The notes under the pieces: generated by a model | Database searches by the model: none | What the model saw: the letters and a program-made list of their open reading frames with translations, nothing else | What the model was told of the DNA's origin: nothing | Assembly: GCA_904419735.1 (NCBI GenBank) | Contig: CAJFSR010000001.1 | Coordinates: forward strand, 1-59,105 | DNA from: Candidatus Neochristensenella gallicola | GTDB taxonomy: Bacteria > Bacillota > Clostridia > Christensenellales > QALW01 | Reading direction: 5' to 3' | Length of the DNA: 59,105 nt | Part shown: positions 27,657 to 37,613 of the stretch, one piece after another | How positions within the stretch are numbered: the stretch's first letter is position 1 | Layout of the letters: each line of letters begins with the position of its first letter | Program-made: the position numbers and the translations under genes

Positions 27657-28340
27657 ATGATTTTCAATTTAATAAGGAACGGCTTTTCTCTGGAAGATTT
27701 GCTTTCCTTTCTTATAATGATACCCCTTTTGATGTTTTCCCTTTCAATACATGAGTATGCGCACGCCTTTGCGGCACATAAGCAGGGAGACGATTATGCG
27801 CGCATGATGGGCAGAATGACCATTAATCCCTTAAAGCATCTTGACCCCTGGGGCTTTTTAATGCTGCTTTTGCTGGGATTCGGGTGGGCCAAGCCCGTGC
27901 CTATAGTGCCGGCCAATTTTAAAAACGGCCGCCGAAGCATGATAATAGTTTCAATAGCGGGCGTACTGGCTAATATTATCCTGGCTTTCATAGTTGTAAA
28001 TCTATGGTGCTTTCTTAATTATACATGCGGACTTTATATATTTGCAGATCCGGCCATTTGGGCGCAGGTGCTTACGGAGATTTTCAGTTATTTAATAATT
28101 GTCAATATCACCCTGTGCGTATTTAATATCATTCCGCTTCCTCCGCTGGACGGATATAAGGTAGTAAGGGAATTTTTCTATAGCTTTAATACCCGAAACA
28201 TATTTGCTTTTCTGGACAGGCATGGAACTATAATCCTGATGATGCTGATAATCTTTGGCGGAACGTCGGGCTTTATTGAGATGGTAAGCGGATATATTCT
28301 GAGTGCCTTTGACTGGATTTGCGGGCTGATATATTTGTAA
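27657..28340 (+). CDS. Site-2 protease (M50) family membrane protein
   Basis: HEYAH and NIIPLPPLDG motifs; hydrophobic. Confidence 0.9.
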   Translation: MIFNLIRNGFSLEDLLSFLIMIPLLMFSLSIHEYAHAFAAHKQGDDYARMMGRMTINPLKHLDPWGFLMLLLLGFGWAKPVPIVPANFKNGRRSMIIVSIAGVLANIILAFIVVNLWCFLNYTCGLYIFADPAIWAQVLTEIFSYLIIVNITLCVFNIIPLPPLDGYKVVREFFYSFNTRNIFAFLDRHGTIILMMLIIFGGTSGFIEMVSGYILSAFDWICGLIYL

Positions 28341-28343
28341 TTT

Positions 28344-29075
28344 ATGGAATTTAAGCTAAAGCAGTTTGAAGGGCCGCTGGATTTGCTGCTGCATCTCATA
28401 AATAAATCCAAAATTGCGGTGGAGGATATTTTTGTTTCGGATATAACCGAGCAGTATCTGGAATATATGGATGCGCTTTCAGAGCCGGATATGGATTCGG
28501 CAAGCGAATTTCTTGCAATGGCCGCGCTGCTTTTGGAGATAAAATCCCGTTCCCTGCTGCCTAAGCCCCCGGCGCCTGCGGAGGATGAAGAGGATCCTCA
28601 GCAGCTGCTTATCAGAAGGCTTAAAGAGTATAAGCAGATTAAGGAGAACAGCCAAAAGCTCAGGGAGAACGAGCAAAAGCTGGAGGGGCGTTATTATAAG
28701 CTGCCTCAGGAACTGAATTTTGACAAGCGCTTTGAGCTTTCGGAAGTGTCCCTGGAGGCGCTTATGGAAGCTTTCAGGGAGGTGCTCTCCCGCGTAGAGC
28801 AAAAGCGCGCTCCCGCCGCCGTGCGCGAGATAAGAAGGGATATGTTTTCCGTGCGCGAAAAAATGACCTATCTTAAGCGCAGGCTGAATGATAAAAAACG
28901 CATTAGCTTTTATTCGCTTTTTGAGACGGATAGCTCCCGCCAGGAGGTAATTGCAACCTTCCTGGCTCTTTTAGAGCTATGCAAGCAGAGGTTTTTGCTT
29001 ATCAGGCAGGACAGTCTGTTTGCGGATATTTCTATAAAGCTTGCAGAGACAAGCCAGGGGGTGGAAGAGGAATGA
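28344..29075 (+). CDS. scpA: Segregation and condensation protein A
   Basis: FEGPLDLLLHLI and TFLALLEL motifs. Confidence 0.95.
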   Translation: MEFKLKQFEGPLDLLLHLINKSKIAVEDIFVSDITEQYLEYMDALSEPDMDSASEFLAMAALLLEIKSRSLLPKPPAPAEDEEDPQQLLIRRLKEYKQIKENSQKLRENEQKLEGRYYKLPQELNFDKRFELSEVSLEALMEAFREVLSRVEQKRAPAAVREIRRDMFSVREKMTYLKRRLNDKKRISFYSLFETDSSRQEVIATFLALLELCKQRFLLIRQDSLFADISIKLAETSQGVEEE

Positions 29076-29617
29076 ATCAGGAGGAACTGGCAGGCGCGCT
29101 GGAAGCGGCGCTGTTTATTGTGGGCGAACCCCTTGATGTCAGCAGGATATGCACGGCGTTTAAAATAACCCAGATTGAATTGGCTATGGCGGTGGATGCT
29201 CTTCAGGAAAAATATGGTGAAAACAGCGGGATAAAGGTGCTTTATTTTGGCGGCAGCGTTCAGATGTGCACTAATGAAAAATATAAGGCCCAGCTTGAGG
29301 ATTTATTGAATCCTGTCCAAAAGAAATCCCTTTCCCAGGCCAGCTTGGAGGTATTATCCATAATAGCCTATAAGCAGCCCATAACCCGCGCCGAGATAGA
29401 GGAAATACGTGGAGTCAAATGCGATTATTCGGTCATGTGGCTGCTCCAGAAGGGTTTAATCCAGGAAATGGGCCGTAAGGAAACCCTGGGCCGTCCCATG
29501 CTTTTTGGAACAACCGATTTATTTCTGCGTCATTTCGGGCTTTCCTCTTTAAATGACCTGCCCAGGAACCAAGAAGAATTAAGCGCGCTTGAGCCTGAAG
29601 AAGAGGAAGAATCTTAA
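29072..29617 (+). CDS. scpB: Segregation and condensation protein B
   Basis: EAALF, IIAYKQPITRAEIEEIRGV and GRPMLFGTT motifs; ATG 29072 overlaps the scpA stop. Confidence 0.95.
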   Translation: MNQEELAGALEAALFIVGEPLDVSRICTAFKITQIELAMAVDALQEKYGENSGIKVLYFGGSVQMCTNEKYKAQLEDLLNPVQKKSLSQASLEVLSIIAYKQPITRAEIEEIRGVKCDYSVMWLLQKGLIQEMGRKETLGRPMLFGTTDLFLRHFGLSSLNDLPRNQEELSALEPEEEEES

Positions 29618-29670
29618 TTGACGGGACAAATAACAGCTTAGTATTTTTAGTTGTATGGAGGAAAATTAAA

Positions 29671-30495
29671 ATGAAAGTACAGATTTTAGGCACGGCTGCG
29701 GCCGAGGGCTTTCCGGCGCTTTTTTGTAATTGCGATGCATGCAAAAGAGCTTTTGAAAAGGGAGGCAGGAACTTGCGCACCCGTTCGGGCGTCATTGTGG
29801 ACGACCACTGCATGATTGATTATTCGTGCGATACATTGATGCATATGTATCAAAACCATTTGGATTTGGCCAAAATTGATACGCTGCTTTTATCTCACTC
29901 ACACGAGGACCATTTTTATGTGGACGATTTTTTCTGCCGTACATTCGGTTATACTGGCACTTACGACCAGATGGCGCACTTAACTGTGGCGGGCAACGAG
30001 GCCTGCGGGAAAAAGCTGAGCAGCGTGGATAATTATGTGCAGAAGGGCAAAATGAATTTTGAAGTTTTGCATGCCGGGGACGTTAAATTATATAACGGCA
30101 TAAAGGTAACGGCCTGTCCGGCGCGGCACGATCCCGGCCAGGAATGCCTGGTATTTATTCTGGAAAAGGACGGCAAGACCTTTTTTTACGGACATGATTC
30201 GGGCTATTATCTGGAGGAAACCTGGGAGATGCTTAAGGGCAGGCATTTGGACCTTGCTTTGCTGGAATGCACCTGCGGCGTGCGCGAAGCGGGCATGACG
30301 GGCGGGCATCAGGGCTTCCCTGATAATATTAAGGTGCGCGAGCGCATGTTAAGGGAGAATATCGCTGACGGCAGCACCATATTCTGTCTGAGCCATTTTT
30401 CGCACAACGGCGGCATGGATTATGACGATACCGTAGCTGCGGCTGTGCCTAAGGGCTTTATAGTAGCCTATGACGGCATAGTGCTGGAAATATAA
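29671..30495 (+). CDS. MBL-fold metallo-hydrolase (PhnP-like)
   Basis: LGTAAAEG.P.LFCNC..C, SHSHEDH and SHFSHN motifs. Confidence 0.85.
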   Translation: MKVQILGTAAAEGFPALFCNCDACKRAFEKGGRNLRTRSGVIVDDHCMIDYSCDTLMHMYQNHLDLAKIDTLLLSHSHEDHFYVDDFFCRTFGYTGTYDQMAHLTVAGNEACGKKLSSVDNYVQKGKMNFEVLHAGDVKLYNGIKVTACPARHDPGQECLVFILEKDGKTFFYGHDSGYYLEETWEMLKGRHLDLALLECTCGVREAGMTGGHQGFPDNIKVRERMLRENIADGSTIFCLSHFSHNGGMDYDDTVAAAVPKGFIVAYDGIVLEI

Positions 30496-30745
30496 TTTTT
30501 TATTATGTATAGCGCCGGTGTACAAGGGGAAATATGTGTTAGCCTTTTTATACCGGCGCTGTGTTTGCTGGGGCGAAGCGAGCGGCTTTGCCTCTTTTTA
30601 TTATGGAGGTTTAGATAAGTGAGATATATTTATTAATATTGCTGAATTGCGGGAATTAAAAAATTTTAGTAGCTATTTTATGGTTTGCGCGTTATACTTA
30701 TTCGGGAAAACTAAAGTACGGCGGCAAAATATTGGGGGCGTTAAT

Positions 30746-31918
30746 TTGATTCATTTGCTTTTGGCTATAATATATCTTGCTTTTGTAAGCCTGGGACTGC
30801 CCGACGCGCTTCTGGGAGCTGCATGGCCCAGCATGTACCCGCAGTTCGGCGTGCCTGTCTCTTATGCGGGTATCATATCTATGATTATCGCTTTAGGAAC
30901 AATTATTTCCAGCCTGATGAGCGATAGGCTGACCCGCAGGCTGGGCGCGGGACGGGTAACGGTTATCAGTGTTGCCGTAACTGCTTTTGCGCTGATGGGA
31001 TTTTCTTTTTCAAAGTCATTTTGGCTGCTCTGCATTTTGGCTGTTCCGTATGGATTAGGGGCGGGCAGCGTTGACGCCGCTCTGAATAATTATGTGGCTC
31101 TGCATTATAAGAGCAGGCATATGAGCTGGCTGCACTGCATGTGGGGAATAGGCGCGACCCTTGGACCGTACATTATGGGCTATGCGCTCTCAGGCGGCCG
31201 CGGCTGGGAAGCGGGATACCGTTATATAGGGTTTATTCAGATTGCGCTGACGGCCGTTCTGCTTCTGAGCCTGCCGCTTTGGAAGGGAAGAGCCGCCGGA
31301 CAAAAGGAAGGGGAGAAAATCCAAGGCAAGGCGCTCAGTTTAAGGGAGGTTGTTAAAATTCCCGGCGTCAGGGAAGTGATGATTTGTTTTTTCTGCTACT
31401 GCGCCCTGGAACAGACGGCCAGCTTATGGGCAAGCAGTTATTTGACGCTTTATAAGGGAGTGCCTGCCGAAACGGCGGCCAGCCTGACTGGCATATTTTT
31501 TATAGGTATGACAGCGGGCCGCGCGGTATGCGGATTTATCACTATGAAGCTTGACGATGCGAAAATGATTCGGATGGGGCAGGTATTAATTGCCGCCGGC
31601 GCTGCCGCAATGCTTTTGCCAGCCGCGCCCGTTGTGTCGGTTATCGGCCTGGCTGTTATAGGCTTGGGCTGCGCTCCCATATATCCATGTATTATACATT
31701 CAACGCCCGGCCATTTCGGTCCGGACAAGTCCCAGGCGATAATAGGAGTCCAAATGGCCAGCGCTTATGTGGGTTCCTGCATTATGCCGTTTGTATTCGG
31801 TCTTATTGCTAATAATATTAATGTGGCGCTGCTGCCTGTTTATTTGCTGATTATTTTAGCGTTGATGATAGTTATGCATGAGCTGTTAAATAAGAAGGCG
31901 CCCGTTAATGACGTGTAG
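30746..31918 (+). CDS. MFS transporter
   Basis: About 12 hydrophobic segments; SLGLPDALLG and GAGSVDAALN motifs; likely TTG start at 30746. Confidence 0.88.
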   Translation: MIHLLLAIIYLAFVSLGLPDALLGAAWPSMYPQFGVPVSYAGIISMIIALGTIISSLMSDRLTRRLGAGRVTVISVAVTAFALMGFSFSKSFWLLCILAVPYGLGAGSVDAALNNYVALHYKSRHMSWLHCMWGIGATLGPYIMGYALSGGRGWEAGYRYIGFIQIALTAVLLLSLPLWKGRAAGQKEGEKIQGKALSLREVVKIPGVREVMICFFCYCALEQTASLWASSYLTLYKGVPAETAASLTGIFFIGMTAGRAVCGFITMKLDDAKMIRMGQVLIAAGAAAMLLPAAPVVSVIGLAVIGLGCAPIYPCIIHSTPGHFGPDKSQAIIGVQMASAYVGSCIMPFVFGLIANNINVALLPVYLLIILALMIVMHELLNKKAPVNDV

Positions 31919-32023
31919 GAAAAGTTCCAAAGTCCTTTGCGGGCGGCGGCGCTCAGCGGCAATATATATTTTTATCAAAAAGCAAGTTTAAAAACCGGGA
32001 TTTGGCGCACAATTTAATCTGAG

Positions 32024-32530
32024 GTGAAGGGCTTGCTTTATGTTATCCTGACATTAGGCGTGCTGCTTGTTGGGGCGGCGCTTACCTGGCGATTGAGACT
32101 GCGCCTGCTTATAAGGAATACCGACTGCATTATAGAGGGGGATATAATGCTTTTTGGGCTGCCCGCATTAAAGCGCGCGCTTCATTTTGCATTTGTAGAG
32201 CACAAATTAAATCTTTATATTTTTGGCATCCGTGTAAAGAAAAAGAAGAAAAAGAAAAAGCCTTCAAAAATAAAGGCGGGGACAGTGCTTTCAGGCATTG
32301 TTCTTAAAAAATTGCAGCTTGAAATTAAGGCGGGAGCGGGCAGAGCGGATAAAACGGCGCTGTTATCGGGGGCTGTTTATTCGGCGCTGTCTTTTGCCGT
32401 ATCCAAAATTAAAAATAATTCCTGGGTTGCTGTAGAGCCGGATTTTAATAACAGCGTTTTTTTACTTGATGGAGAATGTATAATTAAGGTTAAAGTGTTA
32501 CATATTATTTGTAAGTTATTATTTAAGTGA
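32024..32530 (+). CDS. DUF2953/YtfI-like sporulation protein
   Basis: TALLSG...VEPDFN pattern; directly upstream of ytfJ. Confidence 0.65.
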   Translation: MKGLLYVILTLGVLLVGAALTWRLRLRLLIRNTDCIIEGDIMLFGLPALKRALHFAFVEHKLNLYIFGIRVKKKKKKKKPSKIKAGTVLSGIVLKKLQLEIKAGAGRADKTALLSGAVYSALSFAVSKIKNNSWVAVEPDFNNSVFLLDGECIIKVKVLHIICKLLFK

Positions 32531-32540
32531 GGAGAGGCTT

Positions 32541-32981
32541 ATGGAAAAACATCCAATAGAAAACATAATGTCGTCCACTCTTGAAAATCTTCAGAGCATG
32601 ATTGACGTCAATACCGTAGTAGGTTCACCCATTTTTTCTGATTCAGGCGCGGTAATTATTCCCGTTTCCCGGGTGGGCTTTGGGTTTGTTGCAGGCGGCG
32701 GTGAATACGGCGAGGTGGAAAAAACCGCAGGCGTTAGCGACCAGGACGGGGCGCGCTTTCCCTTTGCCGGAGGCGCAGGCGCGGGTATATCTGTCAAGCC
32801 GACCGGATTCCTTGTATTACTGGATAATATGATTAAATTCCTGCCCATACAGCAGAACGAAACCATAGACAAGCTGCTGGATGCGTTCCCCGGTCTTATA
32901 CGCGAAATAAGGGACGCTTTTGAAAATTGCGGCGAAAAACAGGAAAACTATACGTATGTTTTGCATAAGGACGAAGAATAA
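32541..32981 (+). CDS. ytfJ: GerW/YtfJ family sporulation protein
   Basis: HPIENIM, IDVNTVVG, IIPVSRV.FGF..GGGE and FAGGAGAG motifs. Confidence 0.9.
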   Translation: MEKHPIENIMSSTLENLQSMIDVNTVVGSPIFSDSGAVIIPVSRVGFGFVAGGGEYGEVEKTAGVSDQDGARFPFAGGAGAGISVKPTGFLVLLDNMIKFLPIQQNETIDKLLDAFPGLIREIRDAFENCGEKQENYTYVLHKDEE

Positions 32982-33150
32982 TAAACATAAGGCTGAGGAC
33001 TGACCGGGAGCGCCTTTGCCCCCGGTTATTTTAATTTGAAGTTTCCGGCTTTTTGGACGTCTTAAAGCGAGCGGCTTTAAGAGGTTCTAATTATAAAAAG
33101 CCGGATTATATATGCGATGAAATGCGAAATTTGCGGAAAGAAGGGATAAT

Positions 33151-33963
33151 TTGAAGAGAATTAAGCTGTTTGCAGCGCTGGCGCTGTCCGCCGTGCTGCT
33201 GCTTACAAATTTATATATGACGGAGAAAAGCCAGGCGTCGGGTTCGGCCTATATAGTAATTAACGCGGAGGACAATAAGGTGCTTATGGAATCCAACGCG
33301 CAGGCGCGTCTGCCTATGGCCAGCACTACTAAGGTTATGACCGCCCTTATAGTTCTGGAAAACGCTCCGACTGATTTATTAGTAACCGTTCCGGAGGATG
33401 CGGTAAGGGTGGAGGGCTCGTCCATGTATCTTAAGGAAGGGGAAGAGTTGACCGTTCTGGAGCTTTTATACGGTTTAATGCTTTCTTCGGGCAACGATGC
33501 GGCGCTGGCGCTGGCCTATGCTGTAGGCGGTACGCCTGAAGGCTTTGTTGAGCTTATGAATGAAAAGGCGCAGGTGCTGGGCCTTAAAAATACCCATTTT
33601 GTAAATCCTCACGGACTGCATGACGCTGACCACTATACTTCCGCCTATGATTTGGCGTTAATCTGTTCTGAAGCTATGAAAAATGAAATTTTCAGGGAAA
33701 TCGTAGCCACTAAAGACAAGAAGTTTGAAAATCCTGATACGGGGGAAATAAGATACCTTCATAATAAGAATAAGCTGCTGGCCAATTATAAAGGGGCCAA
33801 CGGAATAAAAATAGGCTTTACCAAGGCCGCCGGGCGCTGCCTCTGCGCTTCGGCCAAGCGCGGCGATATCCAGCTTATCTGCGTAGTATTGAATGACGGC
33901 AACTGGTTCAACCGCGCCGCTGAGTTAATGGATGCCGGCTTTATCAGCCTGGGCGCTCGCTAG
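33151..33963 (+). CDS. dacB: D-alanyl-D-alanine carboxypeptidase
   Basis: MASTTK, SGN, NPHGL and KIGFT motifs; ytfI-ytfJ-dacB synteny. Confidence 0.85.
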   Translation: MKRIKLFAALALSAVLLLTNLYMTEKSQASGSAYIVINAEDNKVLMESNAQARLPMASTTKVMTALIVLENAPTDLLVTVPEDAVRVEGSSMYLKEGEELTVLELLYGLMLSSGNDAALALAYAVGGTPEGFVELMNEKAQVLGLKNTHFVNPHGLHDADHYTSAYDLALICSEAMKNEIFREIVATKDKKFENPDTGEIRYLHNKNKLLANYKGANGIKIGFTKAAGRCLCASAKRGDIQLICVVLNDGNWFNRAAELMDAGFISLGAR

Positions 33964-34132
33964 TCAAAAGAAGGCATAATATCCCATTCTTTTTCAAAGG
34001 TGGTTTATAAAAACGGGGGGAATATATTAGTTGATTAAAAGTCCCTCTGCGCATATACAGCGCCTGATTGTTATTAAGACACAGGCGGCGCCGCAAAATA
34101 AATCGCTTATAAAAAATACGGAGGAAGAGAAA

Positions 34133-34939
34133 ATGGGTAAAGTTATCGTAGTCACGTCTGGAAAGGGCGGAGTGGGCAAGACCACCGCCACCGCCAACAT
34201 CGGAAGCGCGCTGGCCGCTCAGGGGCACAGCGTGCTTTTGCTGGATGCGGATATCGGCCTGAGGAATCTGGATTTGCTGCTTGGGCTGGAAAACAGGATT
34301 GTATTTGACATTGTAGACGTTCTTGAGGGCCGGTGCAGGTTGAAGCAGGCGGTTGTAAAGGATAAAAGGAATGAAAAGCTGTGCTTGCTGCCCGCTTCCC
34401 AGACAAGAGAGAAAAACGCTGTAAATGAAGAGCAGATGAAGGAACTGCTTCTTGAATTAAAAGCTGCTTATGATTACGTCATGATAGACTGCCCTGCGGG
34501 GATAGAACAAGGCTTTAAGAATGCGATAGCGGGCGCGGACGAGGCTATAGTGGTGTGCACTCCCGAAGTCGCGTCCATAAGGGATGCGGATAAGGTTATA
34601 GGTCTTTTAGGGGTTTCGGATGTTTTAAAAACTTCCTTAGTAGTCAACAGGATGAAGGAGGATATGGTTAAAAGGGGAGATATGCTGGGAGTAGACGACA
34701 TAGAGGACATACTGGGAGTAAAAGCCATCGGCATAATACCTGAGGATGAATTGGTAGTGCGCGCCGCCAATTTGGGAGAGCCGGTGGTAAACATATTTAA
34801 AAGCGGTTCGGGCATTGCTTACTGCGAGATTGCCAGGCGGATAGCGGGAGAAGCGCTGCCTGTCAATTATAAGCTGCGCAAAAGCGGGATAGGCGCTTTT
34901 TTCATGAGATTATTGGGGATTGAAGCTAAAGCGGGCTGA
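34133..34939 (+). CDS. minD: Septum site-determining ATPase MinD
   Basis: TSGKGGVGKTT, DIGLRNLD, DCPAGIEQGF and a C-terminal amphipathic helix; start ATG 34133. Confidence 0.95.
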   Translation: MGKVIVVTSGKGGVGKTTATANIGSALAAQGHSVLLLDADIGLRNLDLLLGLENRIVFDIVDVLEGRCRLKQAVVKDKRNEKLCLLPASQTREKNAVNEEQMKELLLELKAAYDYVMIDCPAGIEQGFKNAIAGADEAIVVCTPEVASIRDADKVIGLLGVSDVLKTSLVVNRMKEDMVKRGDMLGVDDIEDILGVKAIGIIPEDELVVRAANLGEPVVNIFKSGSGIAYCEIARRIAGEALPVNYKLRKSGIGAFFMRLLGIEAKAG

Positions 34940-34954
34940 GGAGGTTGTATACAT

Positions 34955-35227
34955 ATGAGCTTTATAAAAAAACTGTTTTCAAGGAAAAATAAATCGGGCA
35001 GCGTAGCCAAGGAGAGGCTGAAAAACGTGCTTATGGCCGACCGCGCAGAAATTGCCGGCGGCGTATTGGAGAGCATAAAGCTGGAGGTATTGAAAATACT
35101 GCGCAATTTCAAGGAGCTGGACGCTTCAAACGCGGCTTTTGACGTGCAGCGCTATGATAAGCAGGGAAGCGGCATATTCAGCATAATGGTGCCCCTGAAT
35201 GCTAACTGCGAGGAGGCGGCGGTTTAG
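34955..35227 (+). CDS. minE: Cell division topological specificity factor MinE
   Basis: SVAKERLK.VL..DR motif, downstream of minD. Confidence 0.85.
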   Translation: MSFIKKLFSRKNKSGSVAKERLKNVLMADRAEIAGGVLESIKLEVLKILRNFKELDASNAAFDVQRYDKQGSGIFSIMVPLNANCEEAAV

Positions 35228-35432
35228 AGGCAGTTTGAATTTGCAATTTAAATTTTTATAATAGTATTTGTGTCCCGTAGATGCCTTGTCCGCCGTCTTG
35301 CATGATTGCAAATAAATTATTGGGAATTAGTATTTCCGGGTCTGCTTTCCGGGTCTGCGCAGTTTATGCAGACGCGTGCTTTTGGTGTGCCCGTCTCATT
35401 CAAAATTTAACACAATAATTCCAATGTCGGTA

Positions 35433-35461
35433 TTGACATGCGCCCCCCGGTTTGTTAAAAT
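35433..35461 (+). promoter_or_regulatory. Sigma-A promoter of the glycogen operon
   Basis: TTGACA-17 bp-TAAAAT with extended -10 TG. Confidence 0.7.
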
Positions 35462-35499
35462 AAAATAAAGATTAAAATTAAAATAGGGAGGGCGAAAGA

Positions 35500-37461
35500 A
35501 TGAGCAGCGGAATAAAGGGGCGTTTAAAGAGCCGTATGCTTACTGACGAAGATATAGCCATGTTTCATGACGGGACACATTCCGAGCTGGCGGATATGCT
35601 TGGAGCGCGTCCCGTTTTTAACAGCACCGGGCAGCTTGAGGGCTTTTATTTCGCCGTCTGGGCCCCAAACGCTCAGGAGATAAGCGTAGTCGGCCAGTGG
35701 AACGATTGGCAGTGCGGCAGGGATATGATGCAGCTTATTCCTCAAAGCGGCGGCATCTGGGAAGCCTATATAGAGGATTTGGAGGCGGGCCAGTTATATA
35801 AATACGCAATAAAGCATGCTGACGGGAATATAGTATATAAGGCCGACCCATGCGCGCGTTTTTCCGAATTGAGGCCGGGCACCGCTTCATGCACCTGGTG
35901 CGATTCATATAAATGGCACGATTCTGTTTACAGAATAAAGCGGAGCCGCAGTACATATTATAATTCGCCGATGGTTATTTATGAAGCGCATCTGGGTTCC
36001 TGGATACGCCGCAGGGACGGCAGCTTTTATAATTACCGGGAGCTGGCTGACCGTTTAAGCGCATATTTGTCGGAGAACGGATATACTCATCTGGAAATTA
36101 TGCCTGTATGCGAGCACCCTTATGACGGCTCGTGGGGCTATCAGGTTACGGGTTATTTTGCTCCTACCTCCCGTTACGGAACGCCTGAGGATTTTAAATA
36201 TTTTGTGGATACAATGCATTCAAAGGGAATTGGCGTAATTATGGATTGGGTGCCCGCGCATTTTCCCAAGGACGAGCAGGGCCTGAGGCTTTTTGACGGT
36301 ACTCCGCTATACGAATATCCCAATTCCTCTATGGCCGAGCAGAAGCAGTGGGGCACATTGCAGTTTGACGTAAGCAAAAATGAAGTGCGCTCCTTTTTGA
36401 TAAGCAGCGCTGTATTCTGGATGGACGAATATCATATAGACGGGCTGAGAGTGGACGCAGTTTCATGTATGCTTTACCGTGATTACGGCCGTTCCCAGGG
36501 AGAATGGAGCCCCAACAGCCAGGGGGATAACCGCAATCTTGAGGGAATAGAATTTTTTAAAAAGCTGAATACCGAAATTTTCAAGAGATGGCCCGGGGCC
36601 TTAATGGTTGCGGAGGAATCAAGCGCTTATCCTATGGTTACTGCTCCGGTCCACGAGGGCGGATTGGGCTTTAATTTCAAATGGAACATGGGCTGGATGA
36701 ACGATACGCTGAAATATATGCAAACCGACCCGCTTTTCAGGAGCGGCTGCCACAGCCTCATGAATTTCTCAATGCTGTATGCTTTTAACGAGAATTTCAT
36801 CCTGCCTATTTCGCATGACGAATGCGTGCACGGCAAAAAGACCCTGCTGGATAAGATGTACGGGGATTACTACCAGAAATTTGCTTCCCTGCGGACCTAT
36901 CTGGCCTATATGTATGCGCATCCGGGCAAAAAGCTGCTGTTTATGGGAAGTGAATTTGGTCAGTTCGCTGAATGGAAATATTATGAGGCGCTGGAATGGT
37001 TTATGCTTAAATATGAGACCCACAGGGATTTATATATGTTTTCCAGGGCGCTGAATGCGTTTTATAAGGAAAATAAAGCGCTTTGGGAGCAGGATTGCTC
37101 CTGGGCAGGCTTTGAATGGATAAATCCGGACGACGCCTCGTCAAGCGTTTACAGCTTTATGCGCAAGGGAGTTAAGGAGGGAGATATTATTATCGCCGCC
37201 ATTAATTTTACTCCTGTTGCCAGAGTTGATTACTGGATGGGCGCGCCCTATGCCGGAGAATATGAAGTTGTATTTAATACAGATGATAAGCGCTGGGGAG
37301 GTTCTGGGCTTTTAGAGGAAGGCAGGATTTTTGCGGCTGAAAAACTTCCCCAGGACAGGCAGGCCAACAGGCTGCATATTCATATTCCGCCCATGTCGGC
37401 TCTGTTTCTGCGCCCGCGCAAAGCTGAGACAGAACCTGTAGCAGAAGAAACAGAGGTTTGA
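35500..37461 (+). CDS. glgB: 1,4-alpha-glucan branching enzyme
   Basis: FAVWAPNA, SWGYQ, DWVPAHF, GLRVDAV, AEES and SHDECVHGK motifs. Confidence 0.96.
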   Translation: MSSGIKGRLKSRMLTDEDIAMFHDGTHSELADMLGARPVFNSTGQLEGFYFAVWAPNAQEISVVGQWNDWQCGRDMMQLIPQSGGIWEAYIEDLEAGQLYKYAIKHADGNIVYKADPCARFSELRPGTASCTWCDSYKWHDSVYRIKRSRSTYYNSPMVIYEAHLGSWIRRRDGSFYNYRELADRLSAYLSENGYTHLEIMPVCEHPYDGSWGYQVTGYFAPTSRYGTPEDFKYFVDTMHSKGIGVIMDWVPAHFPKDEQGLRLFDGTPLYEYPNSSMAEQKQWGTLQFDVSKNEVRSFLISSAVFWMDEYHIDGLRVDAVSCMLYRDYGRSQGEWSPNSQGDNRNLEGIEFFKKLNTEIFKRWPGALMVAEESSAYPMVTAPVHEGGLGFNFKWNMGWMNDTLKYMQTDPLFRSGCHSLMNFSMLYAFNENFILPISHDECVHGKKTLLDKMYGDYYQKFASLRTYLAYMYAHPGKKLLFMGSEFGQFAEWKYYEALEWFMLKYETHRDLYMFSRALNAFYKENKALWEQDCSWAGFEWINPDDASSSVYSFMRKGVKEGDIIIAAINFTPVARVDYWMGAPYAGEYEVVFNTDDKRWGGSGLLEEGRIFAAEKLPQDRQANRLHIHIPPMSALFLRPRKAETEPVAEETEV

Positions 37462-37613
37462 ATTTAAGCGGGTTTTTGCCCGCTTAAAATATTCGCCGGG
37501 CGCCGCGGGACCTGGAACTTTTTAAAGTTAAAAATAATCGCATGCTTTAAGCGAAGGTTAAATGCAGCGGCGCGGGTAAATAAAGATTAAATATTATTAG
37601 GAGGAAAGTTATA

